Shown piece by piece: positions 60,043-64,000 of a DNA stretch of 64,000 nt. The position numbers were made by a program, and so were the translations under genes. The stretch is from an uncultured Thermodesulfobacteriota bacterium (GTDB lineage Bacteria > Desulfobacterota > Anaeroferrophillalia > Anaeroferrophillales > Tharpellaceae): assembly GCA_964623985.1 (NCBI GenBank), contig CAZUXG010000002.1, forward strand, positions 17,106 to 81,105, written 5' to 3'. Below the pieces are notes generated by a model. That model searched no databases. It was not told the DNA's origin and worked only from the letters and a program-made list of their open reading frames with translations. How positions within the stretch are numbered: position 1 is the stretch's first letter; the number at the start of each line of letters is the position of its first letter.

Positions 60043-60966
60043 ATGCATGATTTAATAAAAAGTATTAATCGATTAAAAAAAGAGCGCCAGGCGATTCTTC
60101 TGGCCCATAACTATGAACCCCCGGAAATCCAGGATATTGCCGACATAACCGGTGATTCACTGGGTCTAAGCGTCGATGCAGCCCGGCTTAAAAATCCGGT
60201 AATTGTCTTTTGTGGGGTTCGCTTTATGGCCGAAAGTGCCGCCATCCTGGCACCTGATAAAAAAGTCATTCTGCCACGTTTGGAATGTGGTTGCGGCCTG
60301 GCGGATACGGCCGAGGCTACTGCCCTGCGGAAAATGCTCCGGGAAAAACCCAATGCCATGGTCGTCACCTATGTCAACTCTTCAGCCGAAGTCAAAGCCG
60401 AAAGTGACATCTGCTGCACCTCGGGCAATGCTGTAAATGTTGTCAGATCGATACCGAATGACCAGGAGATCATCTTTGTTCCGGACCGCAATCTTGGAGC
60501 CTATGTCCAGGAGCAAACCGGCCGCCAGATGATCTTATGGGATGGCGCTTGCCCGGTTCATGATGCAATCCGGGCGACGGATATAATCAAAGCTAAAAAG
60601 GCACACCCTAAAGCCTTACTCATCGTCCACCCGGAATGCCGCCCTGAAGTCACCAAACTGGCTGACGGCGTTTGCAGTACCGGTGGCATGTTCGACTTTG
60701 TCAAGCATTCGACTGCCAAAGAATTTATTATCGCAACCGAAGAGGGGATGCTCTACCCCTTAAGAAATGCCCACCCCGACCGGACTTTCCAGCGCGTTGC
60801 CAAAGATGTCCAAAATGCAATGATCTGCCCTGACATGAAGATGATCTCACTTCTCGATATCCATAACGCCCTTGAGAAACTTGAACCGGTGATCACGGTC
60901 CCCAAAGAGATAGCCGACCGCGCCCGCCTGGCTCTCGAAAGAATGCTGGCTGTACCGCGCCATTGA
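60043..60966 (+). CDS. nadA: Quinolinate synthase
   Basis: 307 aa. ILLAHNY motif and three conserved Cys ligands. Confidence 0.85.
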   Translation: MHDLIKSINRLKKERQAILLAHNYEPPEIQDIADITGDSLGLSVDAARLKNPVIVFCGVRFMAESAAILAPDKKVILPRLECGCGLADTAEATALRKMLREKPNAMVVTYVNSSAEVKAESDICCTSGNAVNVVRSIPNDQEIIFVPDRNLGAYVQEQTGRQMILWDGACPVHDAIRATDIIKAKKAHPKALLIVHPECRPEVTKLADGVCSTGGMFDFVKHSTAKEFIIATEEGMLYPLRNAHPDRTFQRVAKDVQNAMICPDMKMISLLDIHNALEKLEPVITVPKEIADRARLALERMLAVPRH

Positions 60967-61072
60967 GTAAAGTAGAGTTACAAAAAAAGGCCACCCCCGA
61001 ATTTTTCCGAAGATGGCCTAAAAAAAGCTAATGGATCAACAAACTGAACACCTTCCACAATAACACTATGGC

Positions 61073-61648
61073 TTAATAATTTTCCCCCAACAATTCAAAA
61101 TGAGCCTGGGCATGATTACAGGCGGCACACAAATCAGGAGCTTCATTGCCACTATGCAGGTATCCACAATTGCGACACCGCCAAGTGACCTTATCATCAC
61201 GTTTGAAAACGCGCCCAGCCTCAATATTAGCGGCTAAATCAAGATAGCGCTTCTCATGCTGTTTCTCAGCCACGGCAATTGCCAAAAAGATACCGGCAAT
61301 CTCGGCAAAGCCCTCTTCACGAGCGATAACCGCAAATTCGGGATACATCTCGGCATGCTCATGATTTTCACCGGCCGCCGACTCTTTCAGGTTATCAAGA
61401 GTCGAACCGACCACCCCGGCAGGAAAAGAACCGCTGATTTCGATTTCACCACCTTCCAACAGTTTAAAAAGACGTTTAGCATGCTCTTTCTCCTGATCGG
61501 CAGTTTCACCAAAAATCTCTGAAATTTGCACATAACCTTCTTTTTTCGCCTTACTGGCAAAATAATTATAGCGGTTACGGGCCTGACTTTCACCGGCAAA
61601 GGCGGTGAGAATATTCTTTTCGGTTTTACTTCCTTTAAGGGTTGCCAT
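61073..61648 (-). CDS. rbr: Rubrerythrin (ferritin-like diiron domain plus C-terminal rubredoxin domain)
   Basis: ExxH diiron motifs and C-terminal CRNCG...CAAC rubredoxin-type centre. Confidence 0.85.
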   Translation of the reverse strand: MATLKGSKTEKNILTAFAGESQARNRYNYFASKAKKEGYVQISEIFGETADQEKEHAKRLFKLLEGGEIEISGSFPAGVVGSTLDNLKESAAGENHEHAEMYPEFAVIAREEGFAEIAGIFLAIAVAEKQHEKRYLDLAANIEAGRVFKRDDKVTWRCRNCGYLHSGNEAPDLCAACNHAQAHFELLGENY

Positions 61649-61866
61649 AACGACCTCCTATGAATTAAAATTCTAACGCTTACCAAATAAAGTTCATCAA
61701 GGTAATACTCATACACCGAAACAAAGCCCGCCGTCAACCCTAATCCACAAAATACTAGCCCAACGTATTTCTCCCTTGCGCCAACGGCAAAACCGCCCTA
61801 TAATATTCACAATGATTCAAAAACCCCACTATTAGAGAATAAAAAACAACCGGAGTCTGGACTTTT

Positions 61867-62274
61867 ATGGAAAAAATCAAGAAGTTTTTCAAAAAGGATC
61901 GTTTTGCGGCCCACAACGATATCACTCTGCTTGAGGCCCGCCCAGGTTACGCTAAAGCCGAACTTATCATCAGCGACAAACATCTCAATGGGGTCGATAT
62001 TACCCATGGCGGAGCCATCTTTACCTTGGCCGATCTCACCTTTGCCGTGGCTTCGAATTCTCACGGCACGATCGCAGTCGGCATCAGCGCAACCATCTCC
62101 TACCTCAAGGCGACACACCAGGGAACCCTCACCGCCGAGGCCCGGGAAGTTGCACTTAACCCCAAACTGGCAACCTACCAGGCCGAGGTACGCGATGAGC
62201 ACGGTGAGCTTGTTGCTATTTTCCAGGGTACGGTTTATCGTAAAAAAGCGAGCCTCGAGATAACCGCTTCGTAA
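61867..62274 (+). CDS. PaaI-family hotdog-fold thioesterase
   Basis: 135 aa. Motif DITHGGAIFTLADLTFAVASN. Confidence 0.75.
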   Translation: MEKIKKFFKKDRFAAHNDITLLEARPGYAKAELIISDKHLNGVDITHGGAIFTLADLTFAVASNSHGTIAVGISATISYLKATHQGTLTAEAREVALNPKLATYQAEVRDEHGELVAIFQGTVYRKKASLEITAS

Positions 62275-62778
62275 TAACCGGGATTATAACACACTACTTG
62301 CTAAAAAAATATAAAGCCGTTGACCCAACCGCTGAAACTTCCAGACAAAAAAAGCGGCGGCCTTAGTTGCAAGAACTATATTCGCCCTTAAAAACCACAA
62401 CGCAAAAACTCCGGCAGACGCTACTTAAAAATGGGGTGATTACCTCCTCATCTCGACCTTTTCTACAAAATTGGTATTGTGATAATTGTACCAATTTGCT
62501 TACAGGTTGCAGTTACGTATATTTACTATGAAGTTCAAGTTTATTGTTTGACAGAAAAGTTAAGATTGGCGGATGCAATTTATCAGTCAAGGATAAAAAT
62601 TTGACCCCATTCATCAAAGCAAATAGAGATAAGAAAATAGATTTTTAGGATGACAACGATTTTCCATAATTACCTCACAATATCTGGATATGTGGAAATA
62701 GTAGCCATCTATTAGTGTCAATATCATGAAAAGTTTCCACTTATTGACAATGTTATATGCTACTTCTAAGGAGAAAAT

Positions 62779-63390
62779 ATGTTTTGTAAAGAATGCGGAA
62801 ATAAAGTTGAAGATACTGCAAAATTTTGCTCAAAGTGCGGAGCTTCAACGTCAGAAAAAGGTGTTAAAACAGCCTCAGTTGACCTAAAGACTCCAGTCGT
62901 GACAGCAAAACCGGTATTTATACCATGGATAACTATTGCATCAGTGTTGCCAATTCAGCTATTCATAACAGTTTGGGCAGGAGGCCTTTTGGGTGGTTTG
63001 GGACTGCTTGGCGTAAATGCACTTGGCCTAAACCTTCCAATATGGTCCACATTTGTGTTCTTTGGAGCATTGGTATTTTTCGGCATTCCATTTTTAGCCT
63101 ACTACGCAAAGAAAAAGACGTATGCTAAAACAGAATATAAATTTTACCCAGACAGACTAGAGTACGCAGAAGGGTTTTGGACTGTAGAAAACAAAACCAT
63201 CAAATACAAAAATATTACGGAAACCAATTTGAGAAGAGGTATTCTTCAAAAGAAATATGGTATAGGGTCAATAATTTTTTCTACACCATCAACTGGTACT
63301 CAACAGGGGAGTGCAAGAAGTGGTATAATAATTTCTGACATCGAGAATACAGAAAAAATTTACAGTAAAGTACTAGAATTAATTGGATAA
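62779..63390 (+). CDS. Zinc-ribbon plus two TM helices plus bacterial PH (bPH_2/YdbS-like) domain membrane protein; AT-rich gene
   Basis: MFCKECGNKVEDTAKFCSKCG zinc ribbon, two hydrophobic helices, and a C-terminal bPH-like region (YPDRLEY...IKYKNITETNLRRGILQKKYGIGSIIF). GC is much lower than in the flanking genes. Good RBS AAGGAG. Confidence 0.65.
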   Translation: MFCKECGNKVEDTAKFCSKCGASTSEKGVKTASVDLKTPVVTAKPVFIPWITIASVLPIQLFITVWAGGLLGGLGLLGVNALGLNLPIWSTFVFFGALVFFGIPFLAYYAKKKTYAKTEYKFYPDRLEYAEGFWTVENKTIKYKNITETNLRRGILQKKYGIGSIIFSTPSTGTQQGSARSGIIISDIENTEKIYSKVLELIG

Positions 63391-63487
63391 ATCATATAAC
63401 AAAGGCATGAACACTGATCAAAAAATGCGCCCGAAATTTCAGTCCTTATTCCGTATGCCTATAGCACATTTTTTGACAGGTTATGCC

Positions 63488-63668
63488 AAACGATAGGACG
63501 GACCGCTTCGCGGCCCGTCCTATCGGGTGCTGTTGAGGGCCTCGACCACGATTGATATTCTCCGCGCTCCGCCTATCAATCGCGTTCGAGCCGACTCCGC
63601 GTCTTGGTGTCTACGCAAGCAAGCTTGCTTCGCCACCTGCGATGCTCGCGGCTCAACAGCACCCGTTA
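63488..63668. other. GC-rich, highly palindromic ~180 nt element in AT-rich surroundings (candidate structured ncRNA or palindromic mobile element)
   Basis: A perfect 10 bp hairpin GATAGGACGG...CCGTCCTATC. It is followed by a domain closed by a perfect 14 bp long-range pair CGGGTGCTGTTGAG (63526-63539) / CTCAACAGCACCCG (63651-63664). That domain contains internal hairpins (CGATTGATA/TATCAATCG; GCAAGCAAGCTTGCTTCGC). Confidence 0.4.
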
Positions 63669-63876
63669 GCTGAGCCAGAACAAAAACTAATTATTGAAAA
63701 AGACAAAAATAATATCTGGGATATTCAGCAAGTTAAATCCAATCCCAATGATCTTTTAACAGCAATTTGGGTCGGGCATACTAACATCCCAAAATTAATG
63801 AGTTAAGGTGTTTAGTTTTTAAAAGCCCTTAAACTCGTATCTTTGACCCCAAAACACATCTTTAAGAAGAGGAATC

Positions 63877-64000
63877 ATGGACAGCTTACGCCCCATTATT
63901 CACACCACCGCCATCCAACCGGAATGGCTCGATTATAACGATCATCTGAACGTGGCCTATTACCTACTGATTTTCGATCAGGCCGGTGAGGCCCTGGTGC
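63877..64000 (+). CDS. Acyl-CoA thioesterase (YbgC/4HBT hotdog family), N-terminal fragment; continues beyond window end
   Basis: GAGGA RBS, then MDSLRPIIHTTAIQPEWLDYNDHLNVAYYLLIFDQAGEALV, the typical YbgC-like N-terminus. Confidence 0.6.
   Translation, partial: MDSLRPIIHTTAIQPEWLDYNDHLNVAYYLLIFDQAGEALV

Noticed and set aside
63480-63680. Integron attC site hypothesis for the GC-rich palindrome after the AT-rich gene
   Set aside because: Element is about 180 bp, longer than typical attC. The RYYYAAC / GTTRRRY core sites are not convincingly present.
63552-63806. 84 aa ORF listed in the ORF track
   Set aside because: Its 5' half is embedded in the GC-rich nested-palindrome element; the translation is low-complexity Ala/Pro-rich and has no RBS. 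The ORF most likely arises from the palindromes.
1-64000. CRISPR arrays, rRNA genes, intact tRNAs, prophage or defence-island signatures
   Set aside because: No regularly spaced direct repeats, no rRNA-like conserved blocks, no cloverleaf-capable tRNA sequences and no phage structural or defence-nuclease genes were seen on either strand.

Overview
The window is a 64 kb chromosomal segment from an anaerobe, probably a Desulfuromonadales-like (Desulfobacterota) genome, with moderate GC and mostly housekeeping content. Supporting gene content: sigma-54 activator, Rex, rubrerythrin, CooC, a multihaem cytochrome c and futalosine-type MqnA. Recognisable core operons are proB-proA-nadD-rsfS-rlmH, rex, uvrA, argJ-secA, nadK-recN, pcnB-mqnA-gmhA-(DHS-like)-proC-nadA, mnmA and gpmI. 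Between them lie several accessory or degraded stretches, listed in window order:
- an MFS transporter remnant at about 1100-1250;
- an AT-rich hypothetical gene (15261-16028) with a candidate sigma-54 promoter and UAS palindrome, next to an IS3 transposase remnant and an internally deleted AEC-transporter pseudogene;
- a ~70 bp intergenic repeat present in four copies;
- a Crp/Fnr regulator with a perfect TTGAC-N4-GTCAA box in front of a two-gene Cys-rich/Fe-S operon;
- an orphan CooC-type Ni-insertion ATPase convergent with a small TRASH-domain membrane protein;
- a 153 bp MITE-like inverted-repeat element;
- a 3' GGDEF gene remnant;
- an AT-rich zinc-ribbon/bPH gene followed by a ~180 nt GC-rich, highly palindromic element.
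The most striking item is at 42195-43529. A strong-RBS Sec signal peptide is in frame with a tetrahaem cytochrome c fused to a catalytically degenerate 5'-nucleotidase-like domain, but one UGA (42336-42338) interrupts them. A GC-rich hairpin follows 13 nt later, so this is a candidate selenocysteine-containing cytochrome; the alternative is a recently inactivated gene. No CRISPR array, rRNA or intact tRNA was found. All calls rest on reading translations and motifs by eye; no database searches were run.
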